This document shows positions 9,146 through 18,796 of a stretch of DNA of 64,000 nucleotides, in pieces. Origin of the DNA: Candidatus Nomurabacteria bacterium (GTDB lineage: Bacteria; Patescibacteriota; Minisyncoccia; Phycocordibacterales; UBA918). A model generated the notes under the pieces. It searched no databases. It was not told where the DNA came from and saw nothing but the letters and a program-made list of their open reading frames with translations. Location: assembly GCA_023898585.1 (NCBI GenBank), contig CP060229.1, forward strand, positions 854,587-918,586, given 5' to 3'. Each line of letters begins with the position of its first letter. The first letter of the stretch is position 1. The translations under genes were made by a program, and so were the position numbers.

Positions 9146-10978
9146 TTATCGCTTACTTGTGAGTTTCTCTAATTCTTTGATTTCTTGTTCCTGCATCTTG
9201 AGACCATCTAAATATGTTTTAATACTTCTGGTGTCGATCCCTATATTTTTAAATATATCATCAACTAACATACTACCTCCCGCACTTAAGAATTGGTGTA
9301 TTTGTTGGGCGTACGATGGGTCTTTTTCATAAAGTCGTATCATTTCCGCACTGATGAGGTGTCCGTAAGCGTAAGTGTAGACATAGAATCCACGACGGAT
9401 GTGTTGCCAATAGACATAAGAATAACCATCTTTTTCGCTTACATCTACTCCTCGGCCGAGATACGATTTCAAGTGTTTCTGCATCAGTTTCGCTAGCTCC
9501 TGCTTCGTCGCTAGTCCGTGCGAATTGATGTGTTCATACATATCCTTCATGAAGTTGAAACAGGCAATTTGTCGTTGAGTAGAAGCTATACTGCGATTGA
9601 TCGAATCATGTAACAATATCATCTTCTGCTCCGGGGGTAGAATTTCAACCAATCTCTTGGTAGTTAATTGCTCAAAAAGTGTACTGGCGGTCTCAGCGGA
9701 GCTCAGGGTGAAGTCGCTGTAAATGCCAGGTTGAACTTTACTCATCTCACCGTGAATAGCGTGACCCATTTCGTGGGCAATGGTCTCCAACCAGTAAAAG
9801 CTTGGGCTATAGTTTAAAAAGACGTAAGTCGGCACTCCATTAGTCCCGCTCATAAAGGCGCCACCTCGCTTGCCTGATCGTGGAAAAACATCAATATGTC
9901 CATTCACCAACATCTTATCGAACACTTCACCGTATTTCTTATTAAGACCGTAGAAGACATCACGACAAACTTCGATCGATTGGGCTAAAGTTGGTTTGGG
10001 TAGCTTTCCGATTTCCGCTGTGCGATTTGCGTAAGGAATGCTTTTTGCACCATGTAACTTGGCTTTAATCTGATAAAACTTCTTACTGAGGGTAAAACCT
10101 TTGGTGGAAACCGCTTCAACTAGAGCTTCCACTGCCCTTTCGTCGTTTTCAAAACTCAGTATGGAAGAAGTGTAGCTTTTATTATACCCGCGAAGTTCAT
10201 TTGTAACTTTGTCGTGATTTACTATGGCGGTTATTTCGTGCTCTGCAATATCACCCATATCCTCCATTTCAGCCATCACTAGGTCCCAAAGTTTTATCCT
10301 CTCATCAAAGCTGTACTGGTCTAAGCTGTCTAAAACTTCCATTACCCCCAGTGTTTTCTTCTTGTAGACAATCTGGCGGTTGGTTCTGATCTTGCTGACA
10401 GCTTCACTCCACATACCTCTTGAGGTGCTGGAACGCAAAGATAAAATTTTTTCCTCCGCTTCGGATAATTGATGCTTAGCTTCTTCAAATATTTTAGTCA
10501 GTAAGTAATGATATTTTTTAAGTCTGTCGTCGCCTAAGTAAGACTTTTGTTCCTTCTTTGCTATTTGGCCGATTTTTAAACTAAAAAATATAAGTTCATT
10601 CGCTAGTTTGCGAAAACGGTGGTCATACTGCAGTAATTTCTTTTTTGCGTTTGTGTCATTGACATTAAGTTGGGTGCGTAGCTCAAAATAAAACATCAAC
10701 TTTGTACCCTCGCTTATTTCTTCAAGCTTCTCGTAGTCCTCCAGAGCCTTTAGTAATTTCTGGGCGGAATCAGTAAAATTTACTTTACTATATTTCTTTA
10801 CAAATAATCTTACAGCACGCTCGTACACTTGCGCATCTTTTTCAATTTGTGGGTCATTTTCGCTTTTGTAGTAATGCTTCTTTAGGTCCCAGTTGGTTTT
10901 TGTCTTCCCTAATTTCGGTAAAACGTTTGTGGTTTCGAATGAAAATTCAGTCGATTTTTTCAAGTGTTTTTTGGACAT
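9146..10978 (-). CDS. pepF: Oligoendopeptidase F (M3B metallopeptidase)
   Basis: 610 aa; HEMGHAIHGE zinc-binding HExxH motif with a downstream E, and M3-family N-terminal region (NWDLKKHYYKSENDPQIEKD). Confidence 0.8.
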   Translation of the reverse strand: MSKKHLKKSTEFSFETTNVLPKLGKTKTNWDLKKHYYKSENDPQIEKDAQVYERAVRLFVKKYSKVNFTDSAQKLLKALEDYEKLEEISEGTKLMFYFELRTQLNVNDTNAKKKLLQYDHRFRKLANELIFFSLKIGQIAKKEQKSYLGDDRLKKYHYLLTKIFEEAKHQLSEAEEKILSLRSSTSRGMWSEAVSKIRTNRQIVYKKKTLGVMEVLDSLDQYSFDERIKLWDLVMAEMEDMGDIAEHEITAIVNHDKVTNELRGYNKSYTSSILSFENDERAVEALVEAVSTKGFTLSKKFYQIKAKLHGAKSIPYANRTAEIGKLPKPTLAQSIEVCRDVFYGLNKKYGEVFDKMLVNGHIDVFPRSGKRGGAFMSGTNGVPTYVFLNYSPSFYWLETIAHEMGHAIHGEMSKVQPGIYSDFTLSSAETASTLFEQLTTKRLVEILPPEQKMILLHDSINRSIASTQRQIACFNFMKDMYEHINSHGLATKQELAKLMQKHLKSYLGRGVDVSEKDGYSYVYWQHIRRGFYVYTYAYGHLISAEMIRLYEKDPSYAQQIHQFLSAGGSMLVDDIFKNIGIDTRSIKTYLDGLKMQEQEIKELEKLTSKR

Positions 10979-11543
10979 CGTAAATAAAATTCTTATACTC
11001 TTTAAAGGTGTGATTAAACTCGTGTACTATACCATCTGATAGTCGGCTGTTGATTGCGTTAGCGATGCTTTGGTAGGCTTCCAGTCGAGCGTCGAGATTT
11101 GGCCCAAAGTCTTTGAGGAATCTGTTGTGGTCTGTAAAGTACTCATCGACTGTAGAGCGAAAATTGTGGGACTTATCGGCAGCTGCAATCATGACCGCTT
11201 CAATTGGTCCCTTTCTGAGTCGTTTAGCATAATTTTTCTTAACGTCTAGCCATGGTAGTTTTACTTCTCCTTCGTGGGTTATCTCGGTAACAGTGGAAAC
11301 GAGTGTGGCGACTTCTTTTCCAAAATCTTCAGTTAACTCCTCGATTGTATAATCTGTGTTTTCCAAAGTGTCATGAAGCAACACGGCCACCAAAGCGTTT
11401 TCGTCGTCGGTGTAGTCGTGCAAGATTAACATCGTTGCTATCAGGTGGGTAATGTATGGAATAGGAACGGACCCTTTGCGTAATTGGTCTTGGTGCAAGA
11501 CCGAGGCCGCTTTAATGGCTTGTTCTATTCGGTAGGTGTACAT
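10947..11543 (-). CDS. HD-domain (p)ppGpp hydrolase-like protein (RelA/SpoT-type small alarmone hydrolase)
   Basis: RelA/SpoT HD motifs: HQDQLRKGSVPIPYITHLIATMLIL and AVLLHDTLENTDYTIEELTEDFGKEVATLVSTVTE. The ORF track extends it to 11618; the probable start is the internal Met (MYTYRIEQ...). Its 3' end overlaps the pepF start by ~30 nt. Confidence 0.65.
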   Translation of the reverse strand: MYTYRIEQAIKAASVLHQDQLRKGSVPIPYITHLIATMLILHDYTDDENALVAVLLHDTLENTDYTIEELTEDFGKEVATLVSTVTEITHEGEVKLPWLDVKKNYAKRLRKGPIEAVMIAAADKSHNFRSTVDEYFTDHNRFLKDFGPNLDARLEAYQSIANAINSRLSDGIVHEFNHTFKEYKNFIYDVQKTLEKID

Positions 11544-11626
11544 GATAGTTACTTTGTGGTGAATTCGATTGTGTCTAAATATTGTGTGAATTATTAAGGG
11601 TGTAATCAATTTCACCAAGTACAGAA

Positions 11627-11899
11627 TTATATTACAACACCTTCTGACTGAAGCAAGGCTTTTTTCACTGCCGGACCACCTCGATTATAACCGCCCGGCT
11701 GGCCGTCTTTACGAATCACGCGATGACAAGGTATCTTCTGGTCAAAATTTCCGGCCATTATATTTGCGACTGCTCGCGCACCTTTGGGACTGCCGGCTTT
11801 GTCGGCCACTTCTGCGTAAGTCATTGTTCGACCTCTTGGTATGTTGGCGACTATTTCTTTAACTTTTGTTTCGAATGTGGCCATAATTTTAAGCATCAC
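11627..11899 (-). CDS. ogt: Methylated-DNA--protein-cysteine methyltransferase, minimal DNA-binding/active-site domain
   Basis: 90 aa; PCHRVI active-site motif (IPCHRVIRKDG) and the HTH region of MGMT (TMTYAEVADKAGSPKGARAVANIMA). The catalytic Cys is present, so this is MGMT rather than an alkyltransferase-like (ATL) protein. Confidence 0.7.
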   Translation of the reverse strand: MMLKIMATFETKVKEIVANIPRGRTMTYAEVADKAGSPKGARAVANIMAGNFDQKIPCHRVIRKDGQPGGYNRGGPAVKKALLQSEGVVI

Positions 11900-11943
11900 A
11901 GATCAATCTCGTTCTCTTTAACATATTTACGTGCATCTTCGCA

Positions 11944-12723
11944 TTATTTCTTATTCGCAAAGTAAACCGCTTGTAGTTTCTTGCCGGACGCTTCTCGATA
12001 CTGACAAAACTCACATTTTTCACCGATACCGGGAAGGTCTTTTTGTTCCAAACAAACTTTGATTTTTTTTAGTGTTGGTTCGATCCAATCAATTTCCGTT
12101 TTAACTGGAACTAAGGTGGTTTCAAATATCAGTTGATTCCCAAAACCCGGCTCATCTTTGCTGGCATTGGCGTACACCAGATAACCCGTTTCATCGACTG
12201 TAAAACCATTTTGTTCTAGGAGCCAGCGATAAACGCCGAGCTGTCTCGTGTACTGTTGTTCCCATGGACTATCACCTAGCTTCTCGATTCGTTCTGCTTT
12301 TGAGGTGGATTTATAGTCAGCTATAATGAGTTTCTCGTCTGAATTGATCCAGATATCATCCACTCCCCCGCTTATCGTTAGCCCGGTTGGCTTATGGGTG
12401 TGGGTAATGCCGACAAAGGGGTCACGCCACTCATCCATTTTCTCGTGTTCAAACGGAATAGCGTCGAGATCGTATTCGTCGAAAATCGGGTGCGGAGTCT
12501 GATCTTTACGGTGTACATCAAATTCTTTTTTGAACAATTCATCAACGGCAATGTTAAGGTTAAACGAAGGAAAGCTTGGTCGTTTTGTACCCAGAACGTT
12601 GTCAAGATAAAAACACCTTGGGCACTCAAAGAAAAAATCAATTTTTGATCGAGAAAGTTTCCACTTTGCGCCACCGTAATTCCACTCAGCACTTCGGTTT
12701 GGGTTGTATGAATATTCCGCCAT
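11944..12723 (-). CDS. PD-(D/E)XK nuclease, Cas4/RecB-like with Cys cluster
   Basis: 259 aa; RecB-nuclease motifs (GGVDDIWI ... LIIADYKST ... QQYTRQLGVYRW) plus an N-terminal CPRC and C-terminal C-x12-C-x2-C (VCLEQ...KCEFC), as in FeS-containing Cas4/AddB-type nucleases. No CRISPR array nearby. Confidence 0.55.
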   Translation of the reverse strand: MAEYSYNPNRSAEWNYGGAKWKLSRSKIDFFFECPRCFYLDNVLGTKRPSFPSFNLNIAVDELFKKEFDVHRKDQTPHPIFDEYDLDAIPFEHEKMDEWRDPFVGITHTHKPTGLTISGGVDDIWINSDEKLIIADYKSTSKAERIEKLGDSPWEQQYTRQLGVYRWLLEQNGFTVDETGYLVYANASKDEPGFGNQLIFETTLVPVKTEIDWIEPTLKKIKVCLEQKDLPGIGEKCEFCQYREASGKKLQAVYFANKK

Positions 12724-12811
12724 TTTGAAAGTATAACATCTCTGAAGGGCAGAACGAAAAATGCTTCCCGAAGGGAAGCATTTTTCGTTCCAATATCTAA
12801 CAATTATAACT

Positions 12812-13375
12812 CTACTGTGCTACAAAAGTATCGAAGATATTGTCAATCTGAACATCGCCAGCCAAATTGAATTTGAAATCTCCGTCTTCAGTGAAGACGA
12901 CGATAGCGTAGCGATTTCCCGCTTTGGTTGAACGCTGTAGTAGAATTTCTTCCGGCACAAGTCCTTGGGATTCGCTAAATCGCACCACCCCGAGAATAAA
13001 GCCTAGCTGATCGTTGGTGTATTCTCTAACGCCGATCCAACCTTCGCTCACCGGATATACGGCACTATCGAGCTTTATGGATGTGCCAGCCGGTTGGTCT
13101 TCAACATTGACTTTACCATTTCCCACTTTAAGTTCGGGCACAGGCTTGACTTCTTCCGCTGTGTTTACTTTTTCTTCCGCTGATTCGTCTGTAGCTTCAG
13201 TGTCTACGTCTTCTGAATCATCCACGTCTACTTCTTCCGCTGTATCCTTTTTAATTTTGTCCTCAGGAGCACTTGCGGTAGGACCCGAAAAAGCCCACAC
13301 CAACATTCCGCCAATAAGGAGTCCGACTACAAAAGCCACCAATGTCTTCTGTCCGTCTTGTGTTTCTTCTGCCAT
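12812..13375 (-). CDS. Hypothetical membrane-anchored protein with acidic linker
   Basis: 187 aa; N-terminal TM (LVAFVVGLLIGGMLVWAF), a highly acidic Glu/Asp-rich segment, then a beta-rich C-terminal domain. Confidence 0.45.
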   Translation of the reverse strand: MAEETQDGQKTLVAFVVGLLIGGMLVWAFSGPTASAPEDKIKKDTAEEVDVDDSEDVDTEATDESAEEKVNTAEEVKPVPELKVGNGKVNVEDQPAGTSIKLDSAVYPVSEGWIGVREYTNDQLGFILGVVRFSESQGLVPEEILLQRSTKAGNRYAIVVFTEDGDFKFNLAGDVQIDNIFDTFVAQ

Positions 13376-13474
13376 ACAAAAAGTTTATGATTTGCTGAAT
13401 ACGAATAATGTGCTGAGTATATCATACGTAATTACGGCCGAAACATTGACAAAAACTCAGATTCAATCGCCTAT

Positions 13475-14308
13475 TTACCGGCTTCCGCAAATCTCTCCCA
13501 CCTCCTTCATCAACTCTTGCTGTTTTCCGGTCGGTAAGTGCAAAAGTGAAAGTGCATTTTCATTTTTAGCTATATCACTACACAGTATCATTCCTCTTGC
13601 AATCAATGTTTCCGCCTGTGATGCTGTCAAGCTCTGCAAGACGGTAATCGGATAAATCCCCGTACGCTGAATTCTGTCATGTAAATTATCATTTTTGGGA
13701 TAATCCCAACTAAGCATTTTTAACCCGACACAACGACCGTAGTTTTGAGCGGTGGTAGTAAATTTGGTATTCGTGATAAGCCAAAATTCCTTAATTTCAC
13801 ATATGCTCTCATCACAAACTCTACTATTCTTAAGGTCAAGAAATCTGGCGTAAGAATACATAGCTACTTGCAAGTCTGATTTTATTCCGGGGCGAGCATG
13901 GAATTTGGCCTCGCCTACGAAACTATGATCATCCTTATATGTTGCGATATCAATCTCATGCGGGGCGCAACTTCCTTGAATGATCAAACCGGTTTTGCAT
14001 TTATACCCATCGAGTTCAAACAATCTGGCTAGAAACTTTTCAAAGGGAAAACCGGTGGGGCCAAGACTAAACAGTGCTCTGCGGAGGGAATAACGAGCTG
14101 CAGCCGGTGGTTTTGCGTTACGAAGTAACGAAAAAGCTTTACTGTATATTTCTTGAGTTCTTATACCATCGTAAAGATTTGCTCCGACCTCGTCTACTAT
14201 TTCGTTGATTTCGGTCGGATTCGCTCCGGCTCGTCTTAATGAACGCCGTAATTTCTCCACTTTAAAGAATTCCGTGTCACCATCGGCTTTAGTGATTAGA
14301 AAGGACAT
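13475..14308 (-). CDS. ATP-cone domain protein fused to a restriction-endonuclease-like (Mrr-cat type PD-(D/E)xK) domain
   Basis: 277 aa; N-terminal ATP-cone (ITKADGDTEFFKVEKLRRSLRRAG...) followed by a nuclease core HEIDIATYKDDHSFVGEAKFH (D...EAK). Confidence 0.55.
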   Translation of the reverse strand: MSFLITKADGDTEFFKVEKLRRSLRRAGANPTEINEIVDEVGANLYDGIRTQEIYSKAFSLLRNAKPPAAARYSLRRALFSLGPTGFPFEKFLARLFELDGYKCKTGLIIQGSCAPHEIDIATYKDDHSFVGEAKFHARPGIKSDLQVAMYSYARFLDLKNSRVCDESICEIKEFWLITNTKFTTTAQNYGRCVGLKMLSWDYPKNDNLHDRIQRTGIYPITVLQSLTASQAETLIARGMILCSDIAKNENALSLLHLPTGKQQELMKEVGEICGSR

Positions 14309-14399
14309 TGTTAAATGTTAGCACACAAATACCGGTGAGATTGTGTAGGATGAGATGATTCGTTAATAAATAACTTTTTAATTCACATTCGTCGACAAC

Positions 14400-15464
14400 T
14401 CAAGCTACGATACCCCCGCCTATACAGAGACTCCCTTTATACAACACACAAGATTGACCCGAGGCCGGCTTTTCTACCGATTCACAGGGTTCGATCACCA
14501 TACTCCTATTGTCTTGGCTGATGATTTTTATCTCAAAAGGTTTTTGTCTGTATCTGAATTGCGCCTCTATAACGTCTCCACCAGATATGCGTGACCGCAA
14601 AGTCATATCATCCAATGTCACTTCATTGATTTCGGCTACAACCTCCCTTTTTTTCCCGACCGTGATCGTATTAGCTTCTATATCTCTTCCTGTCACAAAC
14701 ACAGCTTTCCTTTCCTCATCTTTGCTATCGAGAGTAAAACCGTGACGTTGCCCGAGTGTATACACCACGGCCCCTTTATGTCTGCCAATCACTCTCCTTT
14801 CTTCATCGAGCACGTCCCCTGGAGTCAAGTCAATGTAATGGGAAAGAAATTCAGGAATGTCTATATGCCCGAGAAAACATATACCCTGGCTATCTTTCTT
14901 GCGCGCCACCGGAATACCGGCCAATTCTGCCTCCGCACGGATTTTTTCCTTTGGAGTGTCTCCGACCGGAAAGAGCGAATAAGCCAACTGTTCTTTTGAA
15001 AGAGACCAAAGAAAATATGACTGGTCTTTATTATTATCAACTCCGCGGTGTAACTCGTAGTCACCCTCATTTTTAATTTTGCGAGCGTAGTGTCCGGTCG
15101 CTATAAAATCTGCCCCTCTTTCTTTGGCAAAACGTAAAAAAGCGCCGAATTTTACTTTTTGGTTGCACATCACATCGGGATTAGGAGTTCTGCCAGCTTT
15201 GTATTCGTCGATGAAGTACTTAGCAACCTCATCACGATATTCCGCTTCCGCGTCGCAGGTTAAAAAAGGAATTTCCAGGTGCGCCGAGACTCGCATGGCG
15301 TCCAACCTCTCTTTCTCCCAGTTGCAAACCATAAAATCCGGGTGCCAGACTTTTATAAAAACTCCGACCACATCATATCCCTGTTTCTTGAGGCGAAGTG
15401 CCGACACGCTCGAATCTACCCCGCCAGAAAGTCCTACAAATACTTTTTTTACTTTAACGCTCAT
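14400..15464 (-). CDS. mnmA: tRNA-specific 2-thiouridylase
   Basis: 354 aa; PP-loop SGGVDSS, catalytic Cys region (NPDVMCNQKVKFGAF), and an MnmA C-terminal domain. Confidence 0.85.
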   Translation of the reverse strand: MSVKVKKVFVGLSGGVDSSVSALRLKKQGYDVVGVFIKVWHPDFMVCNWEKERLDAMRVSAHLEIPFLTCDAEAEYRDEVAKYFIDEYKAGRTPNPDVMCNQKVKFGAFLRFAKERGADFIATGHYARKIKNEGDYELHRGVDNNKDQSYFLWSLSKEQLAYSLFPVGDTPKEKIRAEAELAGIPVARKKDSQGICFLGHIDIPEFLSHYIDLTPGDVLDEERRVIGRHKGAVVYTLGQRHGFTLDSKDEERKAVFVTGRDIEANTITVGKKREVVAEINEVTLDDMTLRSRISGGDVIEAQFRYRQKPFEIKIISQDNRSMVIEPCESVEKPASGQSCVLYKGSLCIGGGIVA

Positions 15465-15543
15465 AAGAAAACACTATCACAACCATTTCATTTATAAAGC
15501 GCCACTATGTGGCGCTTTAGCTAGACTTCTTTTGTGTGACTTT

Positions 15544-16911
15544 TTAAATCTCTTCAACTCTTGGAACCACTTCGATTCTTGCGTCTTTGACTATCTCAGG
15601 CACTGATGGGAAATGTGGGAATCTGCAAGATAAACGTACGATCTTGGTAGATGTGAGAGGATCGGTGAGGTAGCTATTACTCCAGGCACCCATAGTTGGT
15701 TCGTAGTTAATCGTAAGTGGACTCACTGCGGTGTTAAACAATTCACATGTCAGATTGGCGGTGGAATTTATTTCAATGTCAACTTCACCTTTTTCGCCAC
15801 TTCTGACGATATTCGGGTCGGCTGTGATTTTTACTGTTGGCGTTGGTATCGTTTCGCAATTAGTCGATGTGATGTTGGTAGCCAGTCCCGGGGCACAACC
15901 AGCGTTTAAAGTTAAGGTATCAAGTTCTATGTCTGAAGCATTTGGACCTGAATACAGAGTGTATGTGACAGGGTCAACAGTTAGAGTGATATTTTCGGAT
16001 GAGTCAGAGCTGATGTTGTTCTCAAGAACTGAACTATCTGTTACGTTTCTGATCAATCCATTTGTTACGTATTCGACGTCCCACTCTAAGTCCATTGTGC
16101 AAGATGAATTGCCTGATTGTATAGGGCAAGTTGAATTATCAGTACTTAAAACACCTTTGAGACAAGCACTACCATCCCATTTGTACCCGTTTGCTGTATC
16201 GCAATGAAACTCACATTTACTTGCCGTATCACTTGGTTGGTAAACCACATTCGTTGTTCCGTTTGTAAGGCCGGTATCATCTCCCGGCCAGAAGATAGAG
16301 CCGGGAGGCATAGAGGCTATATTGTTACAAGTGTTCACATAGGTGGCGCTAACATCATCCATGTCTATCCAGCCGAGATCACTCGACCAAGCGTAGCCAT
16401 CAAGGGTGCCGTCGGCATTGACAGTGACGCCATCCAACACGATACAGCCATCATAACCACCTGAATTGGAAATGGTTGGATCAGCATTATACTCGTCTCT
16501 TATAGCTAAGATACGCGCGCCGCCTACTATATTATTTCCAATTCTTTCGGCTGGCGCTATAGCGGGGTTACAACTAGCTAGATCCGCACTGTTGAAGCTT
16601 ATCCAACCATAACCTCCCTCCGGCTCGCCATCGGTTCCACCACTCCAGGCGTAGCCAGATAGAAATCCATCACCGTCCGGTATGTCTACACCATATAAAC
16701 CGGGTTGACCGATATCACCGCCGTTGAAACTAACCCACCCCATACCTTCGTACACACCGGCTTCGTTATTGTCAGCACCCCCTCCCCAAGCAAAACCTCC
16801 AGAGAGTGATGCATAAACTGTGTTCACAAGAATAGCAATAAATAGCAAAGATGATGAAAGTAGAATAGGAATCAGAAACCGCGCTTTTAGAACTGACTGT
16901 TTACTGATCAT
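15544..16911 (-). CDS. Secreted/anchored repeat protein (GYAWS...GWISF repeats)
   Basis: 455 aa; N-terminal TM/signal anchor and repeated Gly/Trp-rich motifs (GFAWGGG, GMGWVSFNGG, GYAWSGG...GYGWISFNS, GYAWSSDLGWIDMD); no enzymatic motif. Confidence 0.5.
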   Translation of the reverse strand: MISKQSVLKARFLIPILLSSSLLFIAILVNTVYASLSGGFAWGGGADNNEAGVYEGMGWVSFNGGDIGQPGLYGVDIPDGDGFLSGYAWSGGTDGEPEGGYGWISFNSADLASCNPAIAPAERIGNNIVGGARILAIRDEYNADPTISNSGGYDGCIVLDGVTVNADGTLDGYAWSSDLGWIDMDDVSATYVNTCNNIASMPPGSIFWPGDDTGLTNGTTNVVYQPSDTASKCEFHCDTANGYKWDGSACLKGVLSTDNSTCPIQSGNSSCTMDLEWDVEYVTNGLIRNVTDSSVLENNISSDSSENITLTVDPVTYTLYSGPNASDIELDTLTLNAGCAPGLATNITSTNCETIPTPTVKITADPNIVRSGEKGEVDIEINSTANLTCELFNTAVSPLTINYEPTMGAWSNSYLTDPLTSTKIVRLSCRFPHFPSVPEIVKDARIEVVPRVEEI

Positions 16912-16919
16912 AAGTTATT

Positions 16920-18125
16920 TTAATTAATCGAGGCTACATTTTTCAGACAAATTGCCTGACAATTAAAGTGTAGGGCAGAGTCCTCAGCGCGTGTAGTATT
17001 TGATTTACAGACCACACCGCTATTATTTATGCGTTCACCTATTGATTCAAGAGAACCTTGAGAATACGAAGTTCCTCCAATCGTCGTGTACCCATTGGGA
17101 CAATCAACCTGTACTGTACACATGCTTTTACTTTTGTTCACAACGCTTCCATTTCCGCTTTCTTTATGACAGTTGTTTGCATCAAAATCTTTTGCAAACA
17201 CACCCTCGCGTATGACATAAGTGGATTGGTTGTCGACATAGTCCTTTGTAACAACCGTTCGACCTACATCACCGGCTACTGTGGACTGGCTTCTAATTTT
17301 ACCCTCCACGACCAACTTTTCTTGTGGGTTTGTCGTCCCAATCCCCACATTCCCTGTATCGTTGTAGATGTCGCCATTGCCTTTGATGGTCCAGTCGGCG
17401 TCAGCGCTACCGCCGGGGCCGGTGAAGTAAAATGTTTTACCCTCCGCCTCTAAGGTTGTTATAGACTTACCGAAACAATCTGTTTGGGAAGTATGACTCT
17501 CGCCGTTAAAACTTTTATCTGAGTTGAAGGCTACATATCTACCAACAGCCTGTCCATTTTGTGTAGTGTACAAAACTGATGCACTACCGGAAATAGCGGG
17601 GGCTGTTACTGCCGAGCCATTGGAATCAAGATAATATATCCACTTTAGATCAACGTCCCCGTCGCCTGTTACTTTACAAGAAATAGCGTCAGGCCATCCA
17701 GGTAACATAGAACTTCCTCCAGGACCACCCCCAAACGGCACAGACTGACAGATAGTCCCGTCACCGTTACAATACTCATCCGCTCCGATTTTGCCGTTAA
17801 CATCAAATAGCAGTCCGTTGGTTAGGATACCGCCCGCGCTACCAGTAAAGCTACTCAATATACCCCCTGCGCTGGTATCGAATATGATAGGACCGACTAC
17901 ACCTAATCCTAGCGGACTTGAACCATTAGCGTTTATCGTCAACCCTCCATTTTTAGTCTGCCCGTTACCAGTGGTAATCGGAGCGTTTATGTTACCGCCA
18001 GGCGCTGACGCGGTCGGAGCTGTCCACGCCAAAGCTATTTGTATGCCGGTGCCAAGTAAAAAGGTTACAACTAAAGTGAGTGCAATTTGCACCACTTTAT
18101 TCGAATATATTGATTTGGTATGCAT
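16920..18125 (-). CDS. Secreted/anchored Gly-rich protein with tail-fibre-like motif
   Basis: 401 aa; N-terminal hydrophobic anchor, Gly/Asn-rich beta region, and the motif GNVGIGTTNPQEKLVVEGKIR typical of phage tail-fibre-like/collar domains; Cys-rich C-terminus. Confidence 0.5.
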   Translation of the reverse strand: MHTKSIYSNKVVQIALTLVVTFLLGTGIQIALAWTAPTASAPGGNINAPITTGNGQTKNGGLTINANGSSPLGLGVVGPIIFDTSAGGILSSFTGSAGGILTNGLLFDVNGKIGADEYCNGDGTICQSVPFGGGPGGSSMLPGWPDAISCKVTGDGDVDLKWIYYLDSNGSAVTAPAISGSASVLYTTQNGQAVGRYVAFNSDKSFNGESHTSQTDCFGKSITTLEAEGKTFYFTGPGGSADADWTIKGNGDIYNDTGNVGIGTTNPQEKLVVEGKIRSQSTVAGDVGRTVVTKDYVDNQSTYVIREGVFAKDFDANNCHKESGNGSVVNKSKSMCTVQVDCPNGYTTIGGTSYSQGSLESIGERINNSGVVCKSNTTRAEDSALHFNCQAICLKNVASIN

Positions 18126-18272
18126 ATTGAAATTCTAAGTTATTTAAATAAGTTTGGTATTTAAAATTTAATTGTTAATAAAACATTATCTTATTTTATG
18201 ACATATATTAATGGTAATGAATGTAAGGTGTGTATAATGTCTGTCGGAAAACAAAGATCGTAATTTGTGTTT

Positions 18273-18677
18273 CTAGCTTGACGGTTGCATTAAACGCTGT
18301 AGCTCCCCTCTCTGTCTTTTTTGCTCCTCCTCGGTTACTTTAGAGTCGGTTTGCTCCTCTGAAGGTTTCATCAGCTTGGTCAGTTCCTCTCGCTCTTCGT
18401 CTGTTGGCATAGCCTCAGGGTTGGTAGAAGTTGAGTTCATTAGTCTTAACAAATCTTCTTTAGAAACCGGTTTTTCCTCAGTTGTAGCTACCGGCACTTC
18501 CGCTCCTCCCTCTCTTGGTTGCTTTGACAGAAAATAAACTAGAGCGAGAACTACAACAAGAAAGACTAAAACAATCATTAAAATTGTTCTTCTGTTGCAT
18601 TTAAATCTACCGCCGAAACATGAATCTTCATATTCGGGCTCACTTTCTGGCTGTGGGTATATATTGTCGTTGTTCAT
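18273..18677 (-). CDS. Hypothetical membrane protein
   Basis: 134 aa; one TM (ILMIVLVFLVVVLALVYFL) and a repeated LxRLMxxS motif in the C-terminal region. Confidence 0.4.
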   Translation of the reverse strand: MNNDNIYPQPESEPEYEDSCFGGRFKCNRRTILMIVLVFLVVVLALVYFLSKQPREGGAEVPVATTEEKPVSKEDLLRLMNSTSTNPEAMPTDEEREELTKLMKPSEEQTDSKVTEEEQKRQRGELQRLMQPSS

Positions 18678-18796
18678 AAATAATTTAGGACTGTTAAACT
18701 ATTTGTATAGTACAGCTTACCTGTAGAGGTGTTTAGATAGCGGGTGTGTATAAAATCGCCCCTAAACAAAATGAAGCTCAGATAAAAGCGGTTAAG

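Noticed and set aside
12378-12803. 141-aa minus-strand ORF overlapping the Cas4-like nuclease gene in another frame.
   Set aside because: It lies out of frame within a gene with clear nuclease motifs; it has no independent support.
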